From the NCBI GenBank assembly GCA_041666845.1, contig JBAYGC010000007.1, forward strand, positions 6,080 through 70,079: a stretch of 64,000 bases of DNA. Direction: 5' to 3'. The translations under genes were made by a program, and so were the position numbers. The stretch comes from Patescibacteria group bacterium. Its GTDB lineage: Bacteria; Patescibacteriota; Patescibacteriia; UM-FILTER-42-10. Below the pieces are notes generated by a model. The model had not been told where the DNA came from and searched no databases. It was given only the letters and a program-made list of their open reading frames with translations. This document shows, piece by piece, positions 1 through 7,537 of the stretch (within the stretch, counting starts at the first letter, position 1; every line of letters begins with the position of its first letter).

Positions 1-19
1 AAATGAATCACCACATTAA

Positions 20-787
20 TCAGTATTTACTCACTATTTTCAGCAGATTACTGTGTACCCTTCCATTTGAAGCCAGCATATCTATTGATTTTAGACTCCA
101 CTCATTGCCCTTAAAATCCGTTACTTTCCCACCGGCTTCTCTGACCAATAATACCCCCGCTCCCACATCCCAAGAGTGCGCACCGGGAATGACGATTGTT
201 TCCGTCCGTCCGTCTGCGACAAACCCCAGTTCAATGGAAGCGGCCCCCAGTTGTCGGATATCCCGGCCATCATGTTTCAATCTGCCATAAATTGCGATTG
301 CTCTTTTTCTGTCTTCTGCTCTGTGCCCATGACAATAAGTCAGCATCGATTTCCCTACTGAACTCAAAGATGATACATGCAATTTCTTACCATTCAAATA
401 CGCGCCCCTACCTTTTTCCGCAACATATAATTCTTTCATATACGGCGCATGAACAACCCCCAACACCACCTCATCATTTTTAAATAGGGCGATTGAAACA
501 GCATATAACGGATTACCCATTGAATAGTTGGTCGTGCCATCCAAAGGATCAATTACCCAAAGATATTCAGACTTTCTTTTCTTGCCGCCACCTTCTTCGC
601 TCAATATACTATGGTCCGGAAAATTTTGCCTGATATGATTTAAAATAATTTTTTCAGCTCGATAATCTTCCGATGTTACTATCTCATGTTTATCCTTAAA
701 ATGGACATCTTTTGATTTGATGTTATGGAATCTTTTTAATAGTGATACCCCCGCTTCTCTAGCGGCTCTGATTGCTACCTGCTTCAT
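20..787 (-). CDS. suhB: Inositol monophosphatase family protein (SuhB-like)
   Basis: 255 aa; canonical IMPase motif WVIDPLDGTTNY plus Mg-binding EE/DP context; ATG at 785-787. Confidence 0.85.
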   Translation of the reverse strand: MKQVAIRAAREAGVSLLKRFHNIKSKDVHFKDKHEIVTSEDYRAEKIILNHIRQNFPDHSILSEEGGGKKRKSEYLWVIDPLDGTTNYSMGNPLYAVSIALFKNDEVVLGVVHAPYMKELYVAEKGRGAYLNGKKLHVSSLSSVGKSMLTYCHGHRAEDRKRAIAIYGRLKHDGRDIRQLGAASIELGFVADGRTETIVIPGAHSWDVGAGVLLVREAGGKVTDFKGNEWSLKSIDMLASNGRVHSNLLKIVSKY

Positions 788-825
788 ATAATTGTTTCAA
801 GTACTATTTAAAAATAAATGCCTGT

Positions 826-1338
826 CTAGTCACCAATTATCTCCTCGACAAATTGAATCTGATCTTCAATTGGTTGACCCATCTGAAGATAGTGATAATC
901 CAGTCCGATACCATCAAGCGCAGTTTCGTGAACTTCCGGAAAATTGCGTTCAAATTTCTTCAACAAAGCTTCCTTGTCAATTACTCTTTCCCTCTTTTCT
1001 TCCCTGGCCAGACACTCTTCCTTTGATAATAGGCAGAGAAAAATATTCAAATTCGCGCTGTCTGTAATCATCTTTAGCTGCTCGGTATTGAAATCATGAT
1101 GATTCGTCCCCAGCTCAAGAATTATATTACCCTCACGGTTTTTCAGATCTTGATACATATCCGTATATGCAGTAATTGTATATTTCTCGCTGATTAATGT
1201 TCCGTCAGGACGTTTATATTTTTTAATATACTCATAAACATCATGTAGCCTATAATCAGGATGTTTGGCTATAAAAGCCGTGGCAAATGTCGTTTTACCC
1301 GCCCCCGGATAACCAATTAATACGATTATATTGTTCAT
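826..1338 (-). CDS. P-loop NTPase / nucleotide-kinase-like protein
   Basis: 170 aa; Walker A GYPGAGKTT near N-terminus; 4-nt overlap with upstream MBL gene suggests operon. Confidence 0.5.
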   Translation of the reverse strand: MNNIIVLIGYPGAGKTTFATAFIAKHPDYRLHDVYEYIKKYKRPDGTLISEKYTITAYTDMYQDLKNREGNIILELGTNHHDFNTEQLKMITDSANLNIFLCLLSKEECLAREEKRERVIDKEALLKKFERNFPEVHETALDGIGLDYHYLQMGQPIEDQIQFVEEIIGD

Positions 1339-2087
1339 ATTTTAATCTTCATTAAATCTTCTCCAAGTATTAATTTGCCTTTATAGAATTTTTTGACATC
1401 TTTCTTATTGTTTCGCTTATCAGCAGCGGGGTAGAAATGTGTTAATACTAGTTTTTTCACCATCGCCTCTTGTGCAACCATTCCAGCCTGCCCTGGAGTG
1501 GGATGCACTTCCTGAGCACCATATCTTTTTGATAATCCTACGGAATGCAATAACACATCTGCTTTAGAAGCTAGCTCAACGGATTTTTTACAGTATTTTG
1601 AATCCGAGGTGAAAACAAATGTTTTTCCTTTTTCAGATATCCTATACCCAATTATTTCCCCTATGTGCTTTAAAGAATTTGATTTAACCCTAGTACCAAA
1701 TAAATTAAACTCTCTTTTATTAATAGTTTTTACTTCCATTGGTATATTTATATTCCACTGAGCAACGATTTTCTTTACACCACTTGGTCCATAGATTTTG
1801 ATCTTTTTAACTTTCTTTTTTGGATATTCTCCAAATTCAGGATAAGCTATTTGATGTTTTAGCTCATTTAGGATAACCGGCAGATCTAGATAATGATCTT
1901 TATGAAAATGAGTATACAAGATTGCATCAATATCCAATATATGTTTCCCCGCTCTCAATAATTGTCGAGCGCAACCTGCTCCAGTGTCAATGAGGATATT
2001 CTTGCCAGAAACTTCTAAAAGGTAAGCGGGGGCACTTCTTTTGATAGATACTCGATTTGTACCAGATCCTAATATCGTGAGTTTCAT
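1335..2087 (-). CDS. MBL-fold metallo-hydrolase (RNase Z/beta-lactamase-like)
   Basis: 250 aa; HxHxDH motif (HFHKDHY), DTGAG context. Confidence 0.7.
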   Translation of the reverse strand: MKLTILGSGTNRVSIKRSAPAYLLEVSGKNILIDTGAGCARQLLRAGKHILDIDAILYTHFHKDHYLDLPVILNELKHQIAYPEFGEYPKKKVKKIKIYGPSGVKKIVAQWNINIPMEVKTINKREFNLFGTRVKSNSLKHIGEIIGYRISEKGKTFVFTSDSKYCKKSVELASKADVLLHSVGLSKRYGAQEVHPTPGQAGMVAQEAMVKKLVLTHFYPAADKRNNKKDVKKFYKGKLILGEDLMKIKI

Positions 2088-2161
2088 AATGTTGAGTAAA
2101 ATCTTATTATTATATGGACAATTCTTATTTTAACACATTTTCAATAAAAAATTAAAAACGC

Positions 2162-2190
2162 TTGACAAATATACGGCGGTATTATATCTT
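2162..2190 (+). promoter_or_regulatory. sigma70-like promoter of GC-rich island 1 (TTGACA -35, TATA-rich -10)
   Basis: TTGACA at 2162-2167, TATATC/TATCTT region 2183-2190 at 15-17 nt spacing. Confidence 0.4.
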
Positions 2191-2330
2191 TACTTAATTA
2201 AAGTGCTTTATTACGATAAAGTACCAATCGATCTTTAACAAGTAAATCATGCGGAATATCCCTCTCCCCAGAAATGCAAACGACTGTTGCGCAATTCGCG
2301 ACTTCCAACCCGAGACAGGGAGGTGCTATC

Positions 2331-2573
2331 ATGGCGATTGACCCGACCAGCATTATCACAGCTCTCAACAACCTGAGCGGAGTCACCAACATTTCGGAAA
2401 ACGGCAGTTTGACCGTCCGGATCCCCGACGACAGTGGAAACACGGTGCACGTTGCCGTGGACCGCTTTACCGGCATTTGCACCTCGGCTGGGCAGGTAGT
2501 TGGAACATTTTCCACTAGCGACATCAGCTGGGCGCTCCCCAGTTCAATCTTCCCCCACAGCCAGAAACAGTGA
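2331..2573 (+). CDS. Hypothetical small protein (island 1, gene A), 80 aa, GC-rich
   Basis: ATG 2331 preceded by GGGAGG (2318-2323, 7-nt spacer); track ORF 2274-2573 trimmed to SD-supported start; about 55% GC vs AT-rich flanks; no recognisable motif. Confidence 0.4.
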   Translation: MAIDPTSIITALNNLSGVTNISENGSLTVRIPDDSGNTVHVAVDRFTGICTSAGQVVGTFSTSDISWALPSSIFPHSQKQ

Positions 2574-2657
2574 GCTGTTCCCCACCAACGCTCTCCTCAT
2601 CTGAAGTGACGACAATGTAGCGCCTTTACGAGGGCGCGCAACAAAGGAGGGTGAACC

Positions 2658-2927
2658 ATGGACAGGCAGTTCGTTATCACCGAGATCTGCAAACACATTC
2701 GGTCCCATCGGGACCGGAGGCTCGGTGCGTGCATCGACATCATTATCCCCTGGGGTAACAGTTGCCAGCTTTCCGTCCGCGTCGAGCGGGTGACCGGCAA
2801 GTGCATCAATTTGCACACCGATATGGAGATGCTGACCATTGACCCCCAGATCCTCGACGCGGCGTTTGCCGGGAAAGCGGTGGCTGAGCAGACCGACGGA
2901 CCACAATCCATGGGAGCTTACGCATGA
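2658..2927 (+). CDS. Hypothetical small protein (island 1, gene B), 89 aa
   Basis: ATG 2658 with near-consensus SD AAAGGAGGG (2643-2651, 6-nt spacer); stop TGA 2925-2927; followed by hairpin+T-run. Confidence 0.45.
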   Translation: MDRQFVITEICKHIRSHRDRRLGACIDIIIPWGNSCQLSVRVERVTGKCINLHTDMEMLTIDPQILDAAFAGKAVAEQTDGPQSMGAYA

Positions 2928-2966
2928 TTTGCAGATCGTTCGCCCTCACCGGGCGAAACACAAAAA

Positions 2967-3019
2967 GGCGACCAACACCTTAAGATTGCAACATCTTCAG
3001 CGGTCGCCTCGTTTTTTAT
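2967..3019 (+). terminator. Putative intrinsic terminator of island 1 (GGCGACC...GGTCGCC + TCGTTTTTTAT)
   Basis: 7-bp GC stem 2967-2973/3002-3008 (long 28-nt loop) followed by T-run 3011-3019; overlaps last codons of folC on opposite strand. Confidence 0.35.
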
Positions 3020-4316
3020 CCCTTAGAATTTCACCAATGGTGTATAGTGAGCCGGTAATAATTACTGCTCCGTCTTTCCCAGCCAATTTCTTCGCCTTAA
3101 CAATGCCACCATCTAATGAAGTCGTAATTATCCCTCTTGGATAATATTTTTTTAATTTTGATGCATGATAAAAATCCTTAAGATCATCAATTTTCGTTAC
3201 ATCGGGGAAAACTATTTTTTGAGAAAAAGCGGAAAGCGTGCGCAGTATTTCCGGCACTTGTTTTTTGGTATTTTTAATGCTGACGACAAAAACTGTATTG
3301 CCTGATTTTATTTTTACATCCCTTAATGCTTTTATGAGTGCTCTGATGCTGAATAAATTATGCGCACCGTCTAGAATAACTAGCGGATTTCTGTACCAGA
3401 TCTGGAATCTTGCTTCGTGTGCGGTGTTTGCAGATGCTTTAACAATTGCCTTTGACGGTATTTCAAACCCTTGGTCGCGCAATTGCAGAGCCGTCGCTAA
3501 TGCGCAGGCAAAGTTTTCCGCCTGATGTCTGCCAATCAGGGAGAGTCTCAGATTACGATATGTTTCACCCTGATAGTTGAGATCAATATAGGTTCCGGTC
3601 AAATCGACTTTATTGACTGAATATTTCAGGTCTTGATTAATATTGACTAATGAGGCTTTTTTAGCTTTCACTCTTTTTTTTACCACCTTCAATGCATTGC
3701 CTTTCACTGCTGTCACAACCTGGTCATTTGCTTGAATAATTCCGGCTTTTTCACCTGCTATTTTAGTAATCGTATTGCCGAGCGATTTAGTATGATCAAA
3801 ACTGATATTGGTAATGATTTTATTTTTCAAATTTACCGCAGTTGTGGCATCCAACCTCCCGCCCATACCAACCTCGATAACGACTACATCCGTTTTTTCT
3901 TCAGCAAAATACTGCACCGCAAGCGCAGTTGTAAATTCAAAAAAAGTAACATGGTCTCCACGTTTGCCGATTTCTTTCAATATTGGAATCATTCTATCAC
4001 CAATTTTTTTTACTCTTTGCAGTGAAATCGGCCTACCGTCGATCAAAATCCTTTCACTGGGCGATACTAAATACGGAGAATAGAATGATCCCGTTTTATA
4101 ACCGGCTTCTCTCAGGATTCTTTCTAGGAATGCCACCGTGGAACCTTTCCCCTTAGTACCGGCCACCTGCACGCCGACCAGTTTTTTTTCCGGACTACCC
4201 ATTTTCTTGAGTAGTGCTTTCACCCGGTGTAGTTGCAAAAAATCCCTACTGACAAAACGCGGGTCGTAAGGTTTCAGATATTCTTGGTACTGATTGAATA
4301 TTTCTTTTGCGCGCAC
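2997..4316 (-). CDS. folC: Mur ligase family protein, folylpolyglutamate synthase/dihydrofolate synthase-like (FolC)
   Basis: 439 aa; P-loop VAGTKGKGST typical of Mur ligase/FolC; C-terminal codons (KKRGDR) lie inside GC-rich island terminator. Confidence 0.75.
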   Translation of the reverse strand: MRAKEIFNQYQEYLKPYDPRFVSRDFLQLHRVKALLKKMGSPEKKLVGVQVAGTKGKGSTVAFLERILREAGYKTGSFYSPYLVSPSERILIDGRPISLQRVKKIGDRMIPILKEIGKRGDHVTFFEFTTALAVQYFAEEKTDVVVIEVGMGGRLDATTAVNLKNKIITNISFDHTKSLGNTITKIAGEKAGIIQANDQVVTAVKGNALKVVKKRVKAKKASLVNINQDLKYSVNKVDLTGTYIDLNYQGETYRNLRLSLIGRHQAENFACALATALQLRDQGFEIPSKAIVKASANTAHEARFQIWYRNPLVILDGAHNLFSIRALIKALRDVKIKSGNTVFVVSIKNTKKQVPEILRTLSAFSQKIVFPDVTKIDDLKDFYHASKLKKYYPRGIITTSLDGGIVKAKKLAGKDGAVIITGSLYTIGEILRDKKRGDR

Positions 4317-5146
4317 TACTTTTTTCTCAATTTCTTTAATAATTTAATATCACTCCCCCTATCTTCTGCTGGGGTCTCTAGAATAAAGTCCACATTTTTT
4401 AATTTCGGGTGATTAATTAAAACTGCAAATCCTTTTTCACCGATTTCTCCTTTTCCAATATGTTCGTGCCGATCAACTTTGGCGTTTAATTCTACTTTAG
4501 AATCATTAGCATGAATTAATTGCAACAAATCAAGTCCGATAGCCTGATCAAATTTCTTGAGTGTTTCATCAACATCTTTTTTTGTCCGCAAATCATAACC
4601 AGAAGCAAAAGCATGAGCCGTATCAAAACAGACGGCTACTTTTTTGTGATCCACTTTTTTTATTATTTCACCGATCTCTTCAAAACTGTCACCAATAATA
4701 TTGCCCGATCCCGCAGCAATCTCCAGTAGGAAAGTTGCGTCACCTTTGTAGCCAATCAGCAATTGTTTGATTCCATCAATAACCATCCGCAGTGCTTTGG
4801 CACGAGTAAAATCCTTGGAAGACCCCAAGTGAGTCATTACCGCCGCCACTCCTAATTGGGAGGCGCGATCCAGTTCTTCCCGGATAATACTGATCGAACC
4901 GTTCCGCACCCGGTCCTGTTTTGAAGCAAGATTAATATAGTAAGGGGTATGGATATATGCATTGCCCAATCCGCTATCTTTGATATTCTGCTGAAATTTT
5001 TTTACAATCTCATCATTAATTTCCGGCGCTTTACCACCACGCGGTGAACGTGAAAACATTTGAAAACATTCACACCCTTCTGCTTTAGCATTCAGCGGTG
5101 CGTTTTCCAGACCTCCGGCTATTGATACGTGAGCTCCAATATTCAT
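4316..5146 (-). CDS. nfo: Deoxyribonuclease IV / endonuclease IV (Nfo)
   Basis: 276 aa TIM-barrel AP endonuclease 2 family; metal-binding His/Asp/Glu pattern (HxxY, HANDS, EHIG). Confidence 0.9.
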   Translation of the reverse strand: MNIGAHVSIAGGLENAPLNAKAEGCECFQMFSRSPRGGKAPEINDEIVKKFQQNIKDSGLGNAYIHTPYYINLASKQDRVRNGSISIIREELDRASQLGVAAVMTHLGSSKDFTRAKALRMVIDGIKQLLIGYKGDATFLLEIAAGSGNIIGDSFEEIGEIIKKVDHKKVAVCFDTAHAFASGYDLRTKKDVDETLKKFDQAIGLDLLQLIHANDSKVELNAKVDRHEHIGKGEIGEKGFAVLINHPKLKNVDFILETPAEDRGSDIKLLKKLRKK

Positions 5147-5174
5147 AGTGTAATTATAACAGATGCTGATAAAA

Positions 5175-5203
5175 TTGACATCGAATTATTTCATTGTTAT
5201 TAT
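5175..5203 (+). promoter_or_regulatory. sigma70-like promoter of island 2 gene A (TTGACA-17-TATTAT)
   Basis: TTGACA 5175-5180, 17-nt spacer, TATTAT 5198-5203. Confidence 0.5.
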
Positions 5204-5271
5204 GTCGGTTCTGGTTAGTGTAATCATCCCCTAACCAAGTCCGCTCATTTTAATGGTGGAAGGAGCCAGTC

Positions 5272-5679
5272 GTGGCCAACGATAGAGAGAAACGACACGC
5301 CTTTGAATTCCTTGTACACTGCCTCATCGGGGACGTTGCGCATGCCAAGGTGTTGCATGCACTAATTGACGCCGGGTCAGTCTCTTATGAAGAGCTGGGG
5401 ATTACCCCGGATGACATGGCAGTATTCCAGGCCCTATCCTGTATTGCAGACCCCAAGGAGCGTGCCCTATCGGCACTCCGCGGTTGTCGTGAAGGCAAGG
5501 TCCTCGCCAACTTCGGCGTGATTCAGTATCTATTCCGTTCCCGCCAAGTCCAACTGGCCGACCTGCAAGAGGGCGACAACGGCATCCTCAAAGTCGGCTC
5601 CGATCTGAGTCATTTTCACAAAGCACACACAGCACACCTCACCAGAATTCTTCCCCAGGAAGACCCTGCGCAAGACTAG
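5272..5679 (+). CDS. Hypothetical protein (island 2, gene A), 135 aa, GC-rich, His-rich C-terminus
   Basis: GTG start 5272 with SD GGAAGGAG (5258-5265); about 58% GC; no family recognised; no competing minus-strand ORF. Confidence 0.45.
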   Translation: MANDREKRHAFEFLVHCLIGDVAHAKVLHALIDAGSVSYEELGITPDDMAVFQALSCIADPKERALSALRGCREGKVLANFGVIQYLFRSRQVQLADLQEGDNGILKVGSDLSHFHKAHTAHLTRILPQEDPAQD

Positions 5680-5698
5680 TTTCTTGCGTTTTTTTTAT
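5669..5698 (+). terminator. Intrinsic terminator after island 2 gene A
   Basis: CGCAAGA(5669-5675)/TCTTGCG(5682-5688) stem, 6-nt loop, T8 run 5689-5697. Confidence 0.55.
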
Positions 5699-5721
5699 TC
5701 TTTATGATTTCAACCAATATT

Positions 5722-5750
5722 TTGACATATTTGTTTCATCATGATATGTT
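5722..5750 (+). promoter_or_regulatory. sigma70-like promoter of island 2 gene B (TTGACA-17-TATGTT)
   Basis: TTGACA 5722-5727, 17-nt spacer, TATGTT 5745-5750. Confidence 0.45.
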
Positions 5751-5805
5751 TTGCCAACCGCTGTTCGCTGGGGAACGGGGTAACTAACATCTGTAGGAGA
5801 CACTC

Positions 5806-6042
5806 TTGTTCTCGAAGCGCAGAATCAGAAAGTTTGTACGGCGGATTATCGCCTCAGCAGTTGGAGTAGGCATCGGGCTGATTCCGGCATGGTTTCTGCT
5901 CTATGACCTGCATACTGCCAAGAGTGGTGTGCTCTACTTCGCTCGCTGGTTGTGGCTCATTCTCACTGTACAGTTCTTTCTACTCATTCTAGTTTTCGCC
6001 TGGGTCTGGGCGGTCTGGACCAACCGGATCTATGACCTCTAA
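5806..6042 (+). CDS. Hypothetical small membrane protein (island 2, gene B), 78 aa, two predicted TM helices
   Basis: TTG start 5806 with SD AGGAGA (5795-5800, 5-nt spacer); two hydrophobic stretches (IIASAVGVGIGLIPAWFLL; WLWLILTVQFFLLILVFAWVWAVW). Confidence 0.45.
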   Translation: MFSKRRIRKFVRRIIASAVGVGIGLIPAWFLLYDLHTAKSGVLYFARWLWLILTVQFFLLILVFAWVWAVWTNRIYDL

Positions 6043-6071
6043 CGCAAGTTGAACACTTGCGTCTTTTTATT
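6043..6071 (+). terminator. Intrinsic terminator after island 2 gene B
   Basis: CGCAAGT/ACTTGCG 7-bp stem, 5-nt loop, TCTTTTTAT. Confidence 0.55.
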
Positions 6072-6078
6072 AAACTAA

Positions 6079-6112
6079 ACAAAAACCACCCTATTAACTG
6101 CAGTAAGGGTGG
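6079..6112 (-). terminator. Intrinsic terminator of tig (convergent with island 2 terminator)
   Basis: CCACCCT/AGGGTGG stem followed on minus strand by TTTTTGT. Confidence 0.5.
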
Positions 6113-6120
6113 TTTCTAAA

Positions 6121-7413
6121 TTACTCTTGAGTTGCCATTTTATAAAGCATATCAATCACCTTTTGATTGACCATCACATTTTTGACAAAGCTGTGATAAT
6201 CGGGAGAGTCCAGCTGTTTTAACATTTCATCATTACCCTGTTGTTCATACATCTTTTTGCTTTTGTCTATTTCTGTATGAATCTCCGCTTCTGTCGCTTC
6301 AATCTTATCCAGTTCAGCAACCTTGCGGATCAGTAATGCTGTCCTCACCCGCTTCTCCGCCCGCGGTTCAAACGACGTTCTTAATTCTGCTTCAGTTTTT
6401 TTGATACTCTGGAGATAGTCTTCGTATTTCAAACCTTGATTCTCAAAATCATGTCGAAGTTCATGAATCATTTTGTCTATTTCGGACGCGACCAGATCTT
6501 CCGGAAACTCACCGAATTTACTCTTATCTGCGATTGATTCCAGCATTTCCAGTTCTACCCGCTGGCGTTCTTTATTTTCCAATTCCTGAAGCAAGTTTTT
6601 ACTGATCTGATCCTCCAAATCTTTGATCGATTTGAACGGGCCGAATGATTTGGCAAACTCATCATTAGCTTCCGGTTTTTCAATCTTAAAAACGCCGTTC
6701 ACCTTAATCCGGAACTCGGCCGGTTTGCCCGCCAGGTTTTTCTGGAAATATTCCTTCGGAAACTTCAGCTCAAATTCTTTGGTTTCTCCTTTTTTCATCC
6801 CAATCAGATTATCCTCAAAACCGGGAATGAAGTTTCCTTCACCAATAATAATCGGCTGGTTTTTACCCTGCCCGCCTTCAATTGGAACTTTGTTTTGAAA
6901 CACCTCAATATCCACTTCCGCTTTATCACCCTTCTGTACTTCACGATCAACAAGCGCTTCTTTACTGCGCATTTTTCTCAAATCATCGACTGCTTTTGTC
7001 AGCTCTTTCGGGTCCACTGTCACTTTTTTCTTTTTTACTTTTACTGATTTGTAGTCTCCGATCTCTACAGTCGGCAGCAGTGACACAGTAGCTTTATAAA
7101 TAAAAGGGTTCCCCAAAGCCTGCTTGATTATATCAATCTTGGGCGTTGATATGATAATTATTTTTTCCTGTTCGATAGCCTCGCCGATACTCATCTGGAT
7201 CGCCAGATCACAGGCCTCGGCCATAATCTGTTCCGCACCGACTTTTTTTATCACTACATCGTCCGGCACCTTGCCCGGTCGGAATCCGTCAATTCGAATC
7301 CCGGCACCGACTTTTTTAGTTGCCGTTTGGTAATATTTCTCTAATTCTTCTGCCGGAAGCTCAATTGTCAGCTCTAATTGGCCCTTTGGCAGCTGGTTCT
7401 TGGTTACTTGCAT
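6121..7413 (-). CDS. tig: Trigger factor (ribosome-associated chaperone, PPIase)
   Basis: 430 aa; N-terminal ribosome-binding domain, central FKBP-like region, C-terminal arm; typical order and length. Confidence 0.9.
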   Translation of the reverse strand: MQVTKNQLPKGQLELTIELPAEELEKYYQTATKKVGAGIRIDGFRPGKVPDDVVIKKVGAEQIMAEACDLAIQMSIGEAIEQEKIIIISTPKIDIIKQALGNPFIYKATVSLLPTVEIGDYKSVKVKKKKVTVDPKELTKAVDDLRKMRSKEALVDREVQKGDKAEVDIEVFQNKVPIEGGQGKNQPIIIGEGNFIPGFEDNLIGMKKGETKEFELKFPKEYFQKNLAGKPAEFRIKVNGVFKIEKPEANDEFAKSFGPFKSIKDLEDQISKNLLQELENKERQRVELEMLESIADKSKFGEFPEDLVASEIDKMIHELRHDFENQGLKYEDYLQSIKKTEAELRTSFEPRAEKRVRTALLIRKVAELDKIEATEAEIHTEIDKSKKMYEQQGNDEMLKQLDSPDYHSFVKNVMVNQKVIDMLYKMATQE

Positions 7414-7453
7414 AAAAAAAATCCTTTATTCTTTAAGGAAGTTAAGTAAGGGC

Positions 7454-7481
7454 ATTATAGCGGATTAGCGTTTTTTTGCAA
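7454..7481 (-). promoter_or_regulatory. Candidate tig promoter (TTGCAA-16-TATAAT on minus strand)
   Basis: revcomp of 7454-7459 = TATAAT; TTGCAA at 7476-7481; 16-nt spacer; about 40 nt upstream of tig ATG. Confidence 0.45.
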
Positions 7482-7494
7482 GCATACATGACCT

Positions 7495-7522
7495 GGGGTG
7501 GGGACTAATCAGTCCCCACCCC
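7495..7522. repeat. Perfect 12-bp GC-rich inverted repeat hairpin (GGGGTGGGGACT aatc AGTCCCCACCCC)
   Basis: read directly; lies 16 nt downstream of PaaK-like stop on minus strand, no adjacent U-tract. Confidence 0.6.
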
Positions 7523-7537
7523 GCGCATCAATTAATT

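Noticed and set aside
3-483. Plus-strand ORFs 3-290, 176-361, 196-483 (61-95 aa)
   Set aside because: Lie antisense to the well-supported IMPase gene (20-787). No SD. Low-complexity translations. Shadow ORFs.
2198-2911. Minus-strand ORFs 2198-2524, 2247-2450, 2544-2906, 2597-2911 inside GC-rich island 1
   Set aside because: No start-codon context or SD. GC-rich DNA generates long open frames on all strands. Plus-strand genes have strong SDs and a downstream terminator.
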